A program made the translations under genes and the position numbers. Below the pieces are notes generated by a model. The model made no database searches. It was not told the DNA's origin and worked only from the letters and a program-made list of their open reading frames with translations. DNA of 64,000 bases from an uncultured archaeon. GTDB taxonomy: Archaea; Aenigmatarchaeota; Aenigmatarchaeia; QMZP01; JACQNV01. Below, piece by piece: positions 19,242-29,525 of the stretch (positions within the stretch are counted from its first letter, which is position 1; each line of letters starts with the position of its first letter). The stretch spans positions 64,001 through 128,000 of the forward strand of contig CAYPFW010000001.1 in assembly GCA_964410585.1 (NCBI GenBank). The letters are read 5' to 3'.

Positions 19242-19945
19242 AAAAATTCCCTAAAATTTCAGATAAAATAAGGAAGAAAATTGTAGGTTTGGAAAGAAAA
19301 AAGCACCACCCACTGACACACCATGTTCATAGAAAGCACGGGATCTCCCATAAAACACTTTTGTACATGAAAGAGTACGGGCCAAAATCACATGTCTACC
19401 ATGTAATTGTTAAAGAAAGCCTGAGAGTGCTTATCTTGGCATCCTTGATATCATCTATAGGCGGATTTTCCCTTCAATTAATTGGATCAAAAATTGTTTC
19501 AATTATTCCTCTCCTAATCTTGCTACCAGCCCTAAACAACATGATAGGAAGCTACGGTACAATAATTTCTTCAAAATTTACTATAGGTCTCTATACAGGA
19601 AAAGTAGGGACAAATTGGTGGAGGTCTGAATACACGCATAAACTTTTTGTTTCAATTTTTTTAATTTCTATATTTTCCACAATTTACATAAGCCTACTGT
19701 CATCTGGAATTGCATATATTAAAGGATTTGGATTGACATTTGATTTGGTTTTCAATATCCTGAAAATATCTTTTGTAGCAACCATGCTATTGGTTGGAAT
19801 TATTTTTTTGGTTTCTGTTGCTTTGGGTTGGCATTTCTACAAAAAACAAGAAGACCCAAATAACTTTTTGATCCCAATAACCACATCTATAGCAGATTTT
19901 GGAAGCATGATTGTTTTCATGCTCATGGTAAGCTTTTTATTCTAG
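19238..19945 (+). CDS. MgtE-type transporter membrane domain with His-rich N-terminus
   Basis: LLPALNNMIG, DPNNFLIPITTSIAD; N-terminal HHPLTHHVHRKH. Confidence 0.88.
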   Translation: MKKFPKISDKIRKKIVGLERKKHHPLTHHVHRKHGISHKTLLYMKEYGPKSHVYHVIVKESLRVLILASLISSIGGFSLQLIGSKIVSIIPLLILLPALNNMIGSYGTIISSKFTIGLYTGKVGTNWWRSEYTHKLFVSIFLISIFSTIYISLLSSGIAYIKGFGLTFDLVFNILKISFVATMLLVGIIFLVSVALGWHFYKKQEDPNNFLIPITTSIADFGSMIVFMLMVSFLF

Positions 19946-19966
19946 AAACAAAATTTATAGCGTCAA

Positions 19967-20017
19967 AGGCTAACGAATGCACCTTGCAAAAGGAACTGCA
20001 AGGCTGTTTGTTGGCCT
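19967..20017. terminator. Long hairpin between convergent genes
   Basis: AGGCTAACGAAT..CCTTGCA / TGCAAGG..GTTTGTTGGCCT inverted repeat. Confidence 0.45.
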
Positions 20018-20576
20018 AAGACATTTCTTTGTAAACCAAAATCTCATCCAAATATAGATCACCAAACTTTCCTCCATTTGGTATTTTGCCGCAATTTTTA
20101 AAGCCAAGTTTTTCATGTAATTTAGCAGAAGCTAGGTTATCTGAAAAATAAGATGAGCGGATAATTTTTGCGTCCATTTCTTTTGCCAAACCAAAAAGGG
20201 TTTCTGCCATTTGCGTTCCCAATCCAAGTTCCCTGTACTCTTTTTTCAAAATTATTCCAAATGTGACAACATGGTCTATTGGGCTCGGTGGCTCTAAATT
20301 TTTAGCAACTGAACAATTTCCAACAACCTTTCCATCAATTTCAACAAACAAATTTATCTCCAATCCTTGTTTCATTCTTTTCAAAGTTGTTTTGAGCCAT
20401 TTTATTTCTTGTTTGTGGTCTGCTTTTTTGACAGAGCTCACCCTCGCGCCTTCATCAACAAGAGAATTTATCAGAACTTGAAGGTCTTTTAGATCTTCCA
20501 TTTTCGGATATCTAAATTTGACCTTCTTTCCTTCTACCTGAAACTCTCGAATGACTTCTCCTTGTTTAAATTTCAT
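20016..20576 (-). CDS. GNAT (RimJ/RimL-like) acetyltransferase
   Basis: KKEYRELGLG, N.ASAKLHEKLGF. Confidence 0.88.
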   Translation of the reverse strand: MKFKQGEVIREFQVEGKKVKFRYPKMEDLKDLQVLINSLVDEGARVSSVKKADHKQEIKWLKTTLKRMKQGLEINLFVEIDGKVVGNCSVAKNLEPPSPIDHVVTFGIILKKEYRELGLGTQMAETLFGLAKEMDAKIIRSSYFSDNLASAKLHEKLGFKNCGKIPNGGKFGDLYLDEILVYKEMS

Positions 20577-21967
20577 TTTAATTTCTCACTTGCACTCCCC
20601 AACGCAACCAGTTTCCTCTCTTGCAAATGATCTCCTAAAATATGCATGCCGACAGGCATCCCATCAACTTTTCCGCAAGGAACAGAGAGCATTGGTATGC
20701 CTGCTAAATTTGGCGCAACAGTAAGTATGTCCATCATGTAATTTTCCAATGGAGAAAGCTTTTCAATTTCAGAAAATTTTGGCGCAATGTTTGGCATTGT
20801 TGGTGAAATCAAAACATCAAATTTTTTGAAAGCTTTTTTGAAATCTTCGATGATTAAAGTCCTCAACTTCATTGCTTTCAAATAGTATTGGTCTCTATAG
20901 CCAGCCATTCTTGCAAATGTGCCTAAAAGTATCCTTCTCTTAGCTTCTTCGCCAAAATATTTTGTCCTGACTTTTGAAAAATATTCATTCATATTCCCTT
21001 GCACATCAGCAGAAGCACCATACCTCATTCCACAATATTTTGCTAAGTTTGTAGAAGCCTCTGATGTTGCGATTATGTAGTATGCAGAAAGAGCATATTT
21101 TGTGTGTGGGAGTGATATTTCCTCGTATTTGCATCCTAAACTTTCTAATTTTTTTATCCTTTCCCAAATTTGTTTCTCAACTTTCTTGTTCACACCTTCT
21201 GAAAAATACTCTTTAGGTATTCCGATTTTGTATTTAGAAATATCCTCACCTAAGTATTTTGTGTAAATTTCCTGTTTGCGATTGATGCTTGTTGAATCTT
21301 TTGGATCGTGTGAAGCAATTGTTGAAAGTGAAAGCGCGATGTCATACATTGATTTTCCAATTGGTCCAATTTTGTCCAAACTGTTTGCATAATCTATCAG
21401 ACCATATCTGGAGACCAGACCATATGTTGGTGTTAGGCCATACACACCACAGTAAGCAGCTGGACATGAAATACTTCCTCCAGTTGATTCTGCAATTGCT
21501 ATATGAGGATATTCCAATGCCGCTGTCAAACCAGCAGCTCCGCCTGAAGAGCCCCCACAAGTTCTTGTTGGATCTAAAGGATTTTTTGGAATTTGAAAAC
21601 CAGAGTTTGTAGAAAATGTGCCAAAACCAAATTCGTCTTGGTTTGTTTTTCCGATAATGGCGCCACCATTTTTTTTAATCGAACCAATGCAAGTCGCATC
21701 AAAGGGGGGTTTGTATCCTTCCAAAATCTTTGAGCCTGCTGCTGACTGGATATCTTTTACACAGATGCAGTCTTTCACAGAAAATGGCAAGCCAAAAAAG
21801 CCTGTCTCTGGTTGCTTATTTTCGAGTGAGCAAATTGTGTTGAGGAAGCCAAATTTTTTGTTCAGTTTTTCAACTTCGTCTGAAAAATTTTTGCAAAAAT
21901 CCGCGTAATCCAATTTTCGAGACTGCGACAATTCTAGATAATCTTTAACACTTATTTTATAATTCAT
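20573..21967 (-). CDS. gatA: Asp/Glu-tRNA amidotransferase subunit A
   Basis: Amidase signature GGSSGGAA, ESTGGSI, RRILLG. Confidence 0.95.
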   Translation of the reverse strand: MNYKISVKDYLELSQSRKLDYADFCKNFSDEVEKLNKKFGFLNTICSLENKQPETGFFGLPFSVKDCICVKDIQSAAGSKILEGYKPPFDATCIGSIKKNGGAIIGKTNQDEFGFGTFSTNSGFQIPKNPLDPTRTCGGSSGGAAGLTAALEYPHIAIAESTGGSISCPAAYCGVYGLTPTYGLVSRYGLIDYANSLDKIGPIGKSMYDIALSLSTIASHDPKDSTSINRKQEIYTKYLGEDISKYKIGIPKEYFSEGVNKKVEKQIWERIKKLESLGCKYEEISLPHTKYALSAYYIIATSEASTNLAKYCGMRYGASADVQGNMNEYFSKVRTKYFGEEAKRRILLGTFARMAGYRDQYYLKAMKLRTLIIEDFKKAFKKFDVLISPTMPNIAPKFSEIEKLSPLENYMMDILTVAPNLAGIPMLSVPCGKVDGMPVGMHILGDHLQERKLVALGSASEKLK

Positions 21968-22001
21968 AGAATATCTAAGTTATTAGAAATAAATAGTAGC
22001 T

Positions 22002-22871
22002 TTAATTGTCTTCCTTTGCTTCTTTCTTGTGTTTTGGTTTTCGGCCCTGTTGTTTTTTAATTTTTATTATTTTGTTTATTTCTGTATCCCATTTTTTCCC
22101 AAATTCACCATATGTGGGTATCCATTCATCTGAGAATTTTCTCTCAAGTAAATCAAGTTCAAACTTTAGACTTCTTATAACACCATCATTGACCATTTTT
22201 GCTTTCTTGAATTTGTCCAAAAGTCTTTTGGCCTTTCTGTTAACTGGTTCTAAATTTTTCTTTATTGTTTTTTCAGCACTTAAAATCTGCACAACCTTAT
22301 CTAAAGTTTCTTTTGGCGGGCTATGTAAATTGTCAACAACTTCATTGATGTATGTATGTGGATAGACAACACTTCTCAGTGTTTGGATTGTTTCTTTTAG
22401 AATTCCTGATTTGTCTTTTTTGCCCTTTGATTTTCGTGCAGCGGATTGTAAAATTTTTGTCACCTCGTCTTCTGCGCTTTTTTCAAGTGTGTTAAAATAT
22501 TTTGACTGCATCTGTTCAACTAGTTCAGCCATCTCGTGTTCTGTTCTTTTTTCATCCCATGCAGTTTTTGCGAGCTTGAGCTTTCTCTGTAATTCCAAAT
22601 ATTTTGGAGGCAGCTTTCCTAGAACAATTCCCTCACTGCTGACAGAATAAACATTGCCAAGTCTCTTCCTTTTGGCAGCTGAAAGCAAAGTTTCTGGATA
22701 ATAAATCTTTGTTGGCTTCAACATGAACTCGCAAATATCTTTCCACTTTTTAGCTTCCCGGTTTAGAGGTTCTAGGGCTAAAATTTGATTTATTTCATCC
22801 AAAGCTAATTGGTATTCGTATTGTTCAGCTAATCTTTCAATATTTTTGAGCTTTTCGCGAGTAGTTGGCAT
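22002..22871 (-). CDS. Hypothetical helical protein with N-terminal TPR-like segment
   Basis: 289-aa K/E-rich ORF; ALDEINQILALEPLN. Confidence 0.7.
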   Translation of the reverse strand: MPTTREKLKNIERLAEQYEYQLALDEINQILALEPLNREAKKWKDICEFMLKPTKIYYPETLLSAAKRKRLGNVYSVSSEGIVLGKLPPKYLELQRKLKLAKTAWDEKRTEHEMAELVEQMQSKYFNTLEKSAEDEVTKILQSAARKSKGKKDKSGILKETIQTLRSVVYPHTYINEVVDNLHSPPKETLDKVVQILSAEKTIKKNLEPVNRKAKRLLDKFKKAKMVNDGVIRSLKFELDLLERKFSDEWIPTYGEFGKKWDTEINKIIKIKKQQGRKPKHKKEAKEDN

Positions 22872-23052
22872 ATTGGATTCTTTTTAACAAAAAAAGTCTG
22901 TTTTTGCTTTTTTGAGTTTGCCTCCCTAAGTTTACTATATTATTGGATGTTTGTATTTAAACAGGTTATGTTCAAAAGTCATATAACAGTGTTATATCTA
23001 CTCACATTCTATTTATTCTTCATAAGATAATATACAATATTCAAGGAGCGCC

Positions 23053-26000
23053 ATGAGAAAAATACTTTTCCTTCCAGTATTTTTGCTAATTATCAGTTTT
23101 ATTGCTCTTCCTAGCCAATCGCAGACAACTTTTAGGATAATGAACGTTAGCTTTTTGTTTGGTGATCCCTATACCGGCGACCCATCAACAGGTGTTGATC
23201 CAACAAATTTTATAGGTGAGTGTGGTGGTGATTTACCCAAAGTCTGTACAGATCTTGGTTTTACTCTTCCTGAAGGTCCTGGAAAACAATCTGGTCTAGG
23301 TGTCGACAGGACACTTTGTACAAAGTCAGATGGCACTCAAAGTTATCAATACAGTTGCGATATATCTGGAATCAACTCAGATAAATTCATCGATAAGATA
23401 GATCCGATTAGCAGGGTTCTCACATACAAAAGTGACCAACTCAAAGGTCCGATCCAATACATTCTCCATGATATTCTAAGCACAGGTTTCCCAAACAATT
23501 TAGATCCTTTTGTTTTCACAAAATCTATTCCTCCATTATATTCAACTGTTCAAGTGTTGGCAGAGCCAAATGGTTTAGTAGTGATAAAACCAGAAGAGGC
23601 AGTCAGAAAATACGACAATACAATTGCTTGGAATGATTCTTGCGTTGGCGATCTCAGCGAGCAATTTACAAATGATTTTTACAGAATGGACAAGCAGACA
23701 GCAGCAAAAAATGGTTTTGAAATAGTTGAAAATTCCTGCACAGGTTTAGTTGGACAAAAACTAAAATATCATGTGCAAGTTCACCAACGCGGTTTTAACT
23801 ACGAGAAGCAAAACGTAGAATGCAAACAAGGTGGCTCGCACTACAATCAGTTTTATGCATCAACTGGTCCAGAGCCAATTCCTTTTCCATACATTGCTAT
23901 GTGTGAACCAGATTCGGGATACAGACCCTTGCTTTCAAGAGATTATGAACAAACAGGCCAATGGGGTTGGCCAACTTATTTCCCTCAAAGGCCTCGGCCA
24001 GGATCAACATACAGCGCCACAAACCAGTATTCCTTCTGCGAGGCCTTTGACATGGAGTATGAAGATGTCCATGATTCGGCCGGAAACTTAGTGAGCTACA
24101 TATTTGGCGCAAGCGATTCTCCAAGATGTTTCCTTTGGCCAGGACCAGGAGACTCTGTAAGCATAAAACAACTTTCAAAAATCCTTGTTTGGAATTTCCC
24201 ATATATTTTCAATCCAGGTAGCTGCGGGGTTTTCGATTCTCTGAGACAGCGACAACAAGGTGGTGGTAAAGCAGGCTTCAATGATCCTGCTTCATACAGA
24301 AGAGATGCAGCAGACATCATGTGCAAGAAGCCAATTTTGTTCAATAACCCAGATTATGAAGATGCTGAAAGGAGTGGTTCATATATTTTCGAGCCAAGCA
24401 AAACAAAAACAGATCCCGGTGTCCAATTTTTGAACAATACAGTCAGGCCTTTTTTCGAACAAACAGATCGGTTGAACCAGGAATATTTTTCTGGCCCAAG
24501 CAAATATAGGAAAATTCAGTTCCATCTACCTGTTTTAACTTCAATTGAAGTCACAGATCTTCAAGGAAACATCTTAGCTCCAAAGCAACAACAGCTCCAA
24601 AACACAACAGTGACTTTGTATGGTGTTGAGGTTGGCCAAAAAATAAAAATAAAAGCTAAAGTAAAAGAATTAGACAGTCACAATACATCTATCTTTGTTT
24701 TCCAGTCAACAAACTTTGGATGGGGAATGTTTGGACCAACGCAAGGCGGACAAGTCCCTATTTTTGGATGCGATTTCATTGACTCTTCAACATGTTTGCA
24801 AGGTGATGTGAATTTCAACAATGTAACCTTGACAGGCCCTCTCCACCAAAACCTAGGAGGCGTAACACAAGAAAAAGAAATAGAATTTGTCTATGAAATT
24901 CCTTTAACATATCGTGCACCTCTTGTTGGAACAACATCTCTAAATCCAGGTGATCCATATCCTCTGTTTATTGGTTTTGCAGATGAGTTTAGCAATTTCG
25001 ATTCTGTAAAAATCCTTTTCGAAATAGTTCCACCAATTTGTGCAAACCAAAAACACGATGCATCTTCAGGTGAAACAGATTTGGACTGTGGTGGCCAAAC
25101 TTGCCCTACTTGCTTAGATGGCCAAAGATGCAACCTAGATTCAGACTGCCAATCTGGCTGGTGCTACTCAGGATCAAATCTTCCGCCAAAACCACAACCA
25201 ACATACGGCGACGGCATTTGCCGCACACCAACATGTTCTGATGGAATTCAGAATCAGGGTGAAACAGCTGTAGATTGTGGCGGTACAAACTGTGCACCTT
25301 GTGGTGGTTGTCAAGAAAATTGGATAACCTCGCCTTGGTCTGCATGCAAAGGCGGACAGCAAACACGAATTGTCAGAGATACAAATAGCTGCAATAACCC
25401 AACACCTGTGAACCCGCGTCCAGCAACACAAAGGTCTTGTGTTAACTTAGCTGCATGTGTGCCAACACCAAACCAGTGCGGTGGTTCAAATGGTTGTCAA
25501 ATCCTTCCTTATTTGAACGGAGTATCTTGTGGATCAAACCAGGCAGGTGTCTGTTTTGCTGGAAGCTGCTATTTGCCAACAACTAAAAAACAACCGCCTG
25601 TGGGCCAGTGTTTGCAAACAGACTGGTCACCATGCGAAAAACACAGTATCAATAATAAAGTAGGTTTCTACCAAATCAGAAATGTAGTTAAAGGAAATCT
25701 CAATGTTGCATGCACCCAGCTTCCACCAGATCAAAGGCCAGGCGCTGTAAGATCATGTTCGCCTCAGGCAGGTCCTGGTCCAAGAGATTTGTGTCAACAG
25801 TCTTTGATAGCCTCAGGTTTTGACACACGTTTATCAACTGATTTCACATCTCTAGCAAACTTAAACAGTGTTGAAGGATTCAAAATAGGGAACCAATTCG
25901 GTCAAATTGAGTTTTTAGGAAAATCTGACTTGTCTTCAATAGATTGTTCAAAACTAAATAATGTATTCAAAATAGAAAGAAACAAAGTTTTCGTTGATAC

Positions 26001-26358
26001 AAAAACCTATCCAACATTTAACCAACAGGCTGTAGTTAGCTTGTTCACAAAAGACATCAAAGACCCAATTGTAAAAACATGGGACAACCAGTGCATACAA
26101 GTCCAGGTTATACGATGGAATCCAGACACAGGTCTTCTAACTTTCAAGGCGCCGAAGTTTAGTGGTTATCAAGCAGTTGAAAAAGCAACAAGCGGTTGCA
26201 CACCGCAAACGCCGCTAGCTTTATTACTGATGCTGATCTTAATACCAATAGGTGCAGTTGGTTTTTTGTTGTTTTACATGTACTACAGAAACAAAAAACT
26301 GCTGGGGCATGAGTTCCTATGGGAGAAGTACGTACAAAGCAAAGGAGACGCTAAATGA
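23053..26358 (+). CDS. Large Cys-rich surface protein with ETDxDCGG repeats, TSP1-like module and C-terminal TM anchor
   Basis: Signal peptide; GETDLDCGG and GETAVDCGG; W..SPWSAC..GQQTR; hydrophobic C-terminal helix. Confidence 0.8.
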   Translation: MRKILFLPVFLLIISFIALPSQSQTTFRIMNVSFLFGDPYTGDPSTGVDPTNFIGECGGDLPKVCTDLGFTLPEGPGKQSGLGVDRTLCTKSDGTQSYQYSCDISGINSDKFIDKIDPISRVLTYKSDQLKGPIQYILHDILSTGFPNNLDPFVFTKSIPPLYSTVQVLAEPNGLVVIKPEEAVRKYDNTIAWNDSCVGDLSEQFTNDFYRMDKQTAAKNGFEIVENSCTGLVGQKLKYHVQVHQRGFNYEKQNVECKQGGSHYNQFYASTGPEPIPFPYIAMCEPDSGYRPLLSRDYEQTGQWGWPTYFPQRPRPGSTYSATNQYSFCEAFDMEYEDVHDSAGNLVSYIFGASDSPRCFLWPGPGDSVSIKQLSKILVWNFPYIFNPGSCGVFDSLRQRQQGGGKAGFNDPASYRRDAADIMCKKPILFNNPDYEDAERSGSYIFEPSKTKTDPGVQFLNNTVRPFFEQTDRLNQEYFSGPSKYRKIQFHLPVLTSIEVTDLQGNILAPKQQQLQNTTVTLYGVEVGQKIKIKAKVKELDSHNTSIFVFQSTNFGWGMFGPTQGGQVPIFGCDFIDSSTCLQGDVNFNNVTLTGPLHQNLGGVTQEKEIEFVYEIPLTYRAPLVGTTSLNPGDPYPLFIGFADEFSNFDSVKILFEIVPPICANQKHDASSGETDLDCGGQTCPTCLDGQRCNLDSDCQSGWCYSGSNLPPKPQPTYGDGICRTPTCSDGIQNQGETAVDCGGTNCAPCGGCQENWITSPWSACKGGQQTRIVRDTNSCNNPTPVNPRPATQRSCVNLAACVPTPNQCGGSNGCQILPYLNGVSCGSNQAGVCFAGSCYLPTTKKQPPVGQCLQTDWSPCEKHSINNKVGFYQIRNVVKGNLNVACTQLPPDQRPGAVRSCSPQAGPGPRDLCQQSLIASGFDTRLSTDFTSLANLNSVEGFKIGNQFGQIEFLGKSDLSSIDCSKLNNVFKIERNKVFVDTKTYPTFNQQAVVSLFTKDIKDPIVKTWDNQCIQVQVIRWNPDTGLLTFKAPKFSGYQAVEKATSGCTPQTPLALLLMLILIPIGAVGFLLFYMYYRNKKLLGHEFLWEKYVQSKGDAK

Positions 26359-27254
26359 AAAAAATATTTTTAATTTCAATAATTGCAGTTTTGTTCCTTG
26401 TCCAAATTTCAGTAGCTCAAGAGACAGCCCTTTGTTCAGATTCAGATGGTGCAGATATTTATTCCAAGGGTAGAACAGCTGGACAGGAGGCCTATATTTT
26501 CGAAGATGTGTGTCTTTCTAATTTTTTAGCCGAATCTGTTTGTGCAAACAACAAACAAACCTACCTTCTTTTTGAATGTCAAAATGGCTGTTCAGATGGG
26601 GCTTGTAAATTTTCTCCCCAAACCCAAACATGTAAACAGCAAGGCCCTCAAGTCTCCGTAGATGGAAAAATATATACAAGTAAATGTATTAAGTCAGAAA
26701 AAGATTCCACGTTCCCAGACTCAGCTTTGAAATATTCATGTGAACAAAATTCAGCTGGTTCTAAAATAGAATCGTGTGGCGACAAAATTTGTTCTGATGC
26801 ATCTGGCGAGCCTCAATGTATTTCTCCGGGGGCTGGTGAGTTTGCTTCAGTAGGATTGGATGAATCTATTTTTGATGATAATCTATTTTGCCAAAAGGTT
26901 GGTTCAGTAACCTTGTTTAACAAAAATTTATACACAGACACATGTGAAAACTTTAATCCAGAACTTGGATATTTAACGTCAGCTCTTCAGTATGGATGCA
27001 CAGAGGATAATCAATTAGCAACAATGACCCTCGACTGCAAACAAACAAATGAGAAATGTTTGGCAGGAAAATGTGTCCAACTAAACAATGAGAATGAAAA
27101 AACAAACTTCCCTTTAGGCGAGGATATGCCTTTAGCTCTTTTAGCATTTTTAGGTTTAGTTGGTTTGGTTGTTTTGTGTGTAGTGATTTTTGTAGTACAC
27201 CATATGCATTCCAAATTAAAAGAAGATCTGAAAAAGATGACAAAAAAGAAATAA
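26355..27254 (+). CDS. Cys-rich membrane-anchored surface protein
   Basis: Signal peptide, CSDSDG..GC.DGAC repeat and two degenerate copies, C-terminal TM. Confidence 0.78.
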   Translation: MKKIFLISIIAVLFLVQISVAQETALCSDSDGADIYSKGRTAGQEAYIFEDVCLSNFLAESVCANNKQTYLLFECQNGCSDGACKFSPQTQTCKQQGPQVSVDGKIYTSKCIKSEKDSTFPDSALKYSCEQNSAGSKIESCGDKICSDASGEPQCISPGAGEFASVGLDESIFDDNLFCQKVGSVTLFNKNLYTDTCENFNPELGYLTSALQYGCTEDNQLATMTLDCKQTNEKCLAGKCVQLNNENEKTNFPLGEDMPLALLAFLGLVGLVVLCVVIFVVHHMHSKLKEDLKKMTKKK

Positions 27255-27290
27255 CATCCAAAATTTGATGCTAAAAACCAATTTAACAAA

Positions 27291-27572
27291 CTAAACAACC
27301 TTGGGGCCCTTGAAGTGTTTTCCTTCTTTGTTTTTTGTTTGGCTCAAAGCTTTTTCTGAAGAAAAGCTTTCCCCAGTTTGGTCTTCCCGTATAACATTTT
27401 TTACTTCAACTGGCTGGAAAGTTGGCTCAATATTTTTCGTATCAACTTTTTTCAAATCCTCAAAGGCACCTAAAATATTTGTTAAGTCTTTTGAAAACTT
27501 ATCAACTTCTTTTTCTTCCAAATTTAGCCTTGCAATATCTGCAACTTTTTTCACAGTTTCTTTATTTATCAT
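27291..27572 (-). CDS. gatC: Asp/Glu-tRNA amidotransferase subunit C
   Basis: VKKVADIARL, VDT.NIEPT, NVIRED, FKGPKV. Confidence 0.93.
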   Translation of the reverse strand: MINKETVKKVADIARLNLEEKEVDKFSKDLTNILGAFEDLKKVDTKNIEPTFQPVEVKNVIREDQTGESFSSEKALSQTKNKEGKHFKGPKVV

Positions 27573-27661
27573 ATTACAACTATAGTTCTTTTGGGTACTG
27601 TAGACTTTTCTCAGATTTCGGCCTTATAACATAAGGTCCTTTCATTTTAAGAAAAGGCTAG
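27573..27661 (-). mobile_element. Module A element filling the mre11-gatC spacer
   Basis: Minus strand TAG|CTAGCCTTTTC...AAAGTCTACAGTACCCAAAAGAACTATA...|ATG. Confidence 0.8.
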
Positions 27662-28822
27662 CTACTCCTCAAATATTTCTACAACCTTATCTTGTTTTTT
27701 GTTTATTAAAAGCTCGAAAACGTTCTCATATTTTTGCACATCTAGGCCTTCTTTCTCCAAGTTTTCCCTAAGAAGTTTTTTTCCAAGTTCTTGGACAGAT
27801 AATTCTTGTTCCTGTATACTAACTCCACTTAGCTTTTCATCTTGTTTTTCAAAACCGAAATAAAGGAGGCCCTTGTCTCCATATTTTATTTTCAACTCAT
27901 CTGCAAACTTTCCGTCCCTAAGTTTTATTTTCACAAGCGGCGGCTTCAAAAAATTCTCTGAAAAAATTTCTTTTAACTTGCTTTCAATTTCCTCCTGAGA
28001 AGAGTTTTCAAAATTCAAATAAAAAACCTTTCTCTGAGTTTTGAGTTCCTCGAATTTTATTTCATTTGATAAAATACCTTCAATGCTTCTCTGTATATCG
28101 ATTTTGTAAACTCTAATAGGTTTTGTTTGACTTGTGATTTGTGTGACAACTAGAGAGCCAGGATGTATGAATGGTTTGTTGTCGTACATACTTTCTTTCG
28201 GTTCATGTATATGACCATTTATGTACAAATCAAAGCCTTTTGGTATTGATTCCTGAGGAAGCAAATGCTCAGCGAAAACAAAGCCTGAAATTGATTGATG
28301 CAACATCAAAATATTATATGTTCCGTCTATTGTTTTTGGATTCCACTGTTTCAAAATATTTTCTGCAAATTGGTCTGGTACACCACCCATTCCTTGGACA
28401 GCAATTTTCTCCCCATTTTTTTCCAGCACAATTCCGTTACAGTGAAGTTGGACCAAAAAGCCAGCGCGCTCCAAAGCCTCTACTGGATTTAACAGGCCTT
28501 TACTTCTCCTTTCGTGGTTTCCAAAAATTGAAATCACAGGAATCCCATATCCAAATTTTAGATTTTTTGATAAGTCCTTGTTTATCCCCTCAACAATTTT
28601 TGTCTCAGATTTTTTCCCAAAAGCAGACAACAGGTTCTCCATTGTTTTTGTAAAAATTTCTGTGTTTGGTGTCTTGTAATCAAAAATATCACCAGCAATC
28701 AAAATCAGATCACAGTCTTTGCAAATCTCCATTGCTTCTTCTAAGTTTTCAAAAGCATCTTTTTCCCTTTCTGTACCCTGACCAAAACCCAAGTGTATAT
28801 CTGAGAACAAGCCGATTTTCAT
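27662..28822 (-). CDS. mre11: Mre11/SbcD DNA repair nuclease
   Basis: SDIHLG, AGDIFD, GNHE, LHQ, GHIH, PGS. Confidence 0.9.
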   Translation of the reverse strand: MKIGLFSDIHLGFGQGTEREKDAFENLEEAMEICKDCDLILIAGDIFDYKTPNTEIFTKTMENLLSAFGKKSETKIVEGINKDLSKNLKFGYGIPVISIFGNHERRSKGLLNPVEALERAGFLVQLHCNGIVLEKNGEKIAVQGMGGVPDQFAENILKQWNPKTIDGTYNILMLHQSISGFVFAEHLLPQESIPKGFDLYINGHIHEPKESMYDNKPFIHPGSLVVTQITSQTKPIRVYKIDIQRSIEGILSNEIKFEELKTQRKVFYLNFENSSQEEIESKLKEIFSENFLKPPLVKIKLRDGKFADELKIKYGDKGLLYFGFEKQDEKLSGVSIQEQELSVQELGKKLLRENLEKEGLDVQKYENVFELLINKKQDKVVEIFEE

Positions 28823-28875
28823 ATGAATCTAAATTCAATCTAAACTTTATATATTCTGTAAATATAATATCCTAT

Positions 28876-29412
28876 ATGATATCAAAATCAGCCAAACTTG
28901 TTTTTGTTCTTCTATTAGTTTCAGTTGTTTTAATTTCTGGCTGCACAGAACAGTCTGTGGCAAATGGCTCAAGTCCATCTGATTCAGTCAATTCAAATCA
29001 GCTAACAGAATGCCCTCAAGGACAGGTAAAAACAGATTCAGGCTGTATGCCTGAAAACAAAGAAGAAACGCCTAATACAATTCCAGATGAATCTTCAAAA
29101 CCAGCAAATAACGAGCCTACCGAGCAATCACAAACTATCAAAGAATTTTCAATGACAGCCAAGCAATGGTCTTTTGACCCTGAAACAATTACAGTCAAGA
29201 AAGGAGATCATGTCAAACTAACAATAAAAAGCATAGATGTAACACACGGATTTGCTATCCCTGATTTTGGAGTGAGCGAAAACTTGGAGCCGAATAAAGA
29301 AATAGTTGTAGAATTTGATGCAGATAAGACAGGCACATTCACATTTTTCTGTTCTGTGTTCTGTGGTTCTGGTCATGCATCGATGAAAGGCACACTTGTT
29401 GTTGAAGAATAG
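28876..29412 (+). CDS. CuA-type cupredoxin lipoprotein
   Basis: ISGC lipobox; DVTHG...CSVFCGSGHASM; start reassigned to ATG 28876. Confidence 0.88.
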   Translation: MISKSAKLVFVLLLVSVVLISGCTEQSVANGSSPSDSVNSNQLTECPQGQVKTDSGCMPENKEETPNTIPDESSKPANNEPTEQSQTIKEFSMTAKQWSFDPETITVKKGDHVKLTIKSIDVTHGFAIPDFGVSENLEPNKEIVVEFDADKTGTFTFFCSVFCGSGHASMKGTLVVEE

Positions 29413-29525
29413 TTCAAATGCTAAACTGTTATTTCTGCATACAAAACTCTTTTAAACTACTTATGTATATAATATACATTCAAATTTCAATATCCAGTAT
29501 AGAAATTGTAGTTTAATCTAAAAAT

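Noticed and set aside
19967-20017. Hairpin as a member of the repeat family
   Set aside because: Only AAAGGCTA is shared; no recognisable tail or B core.
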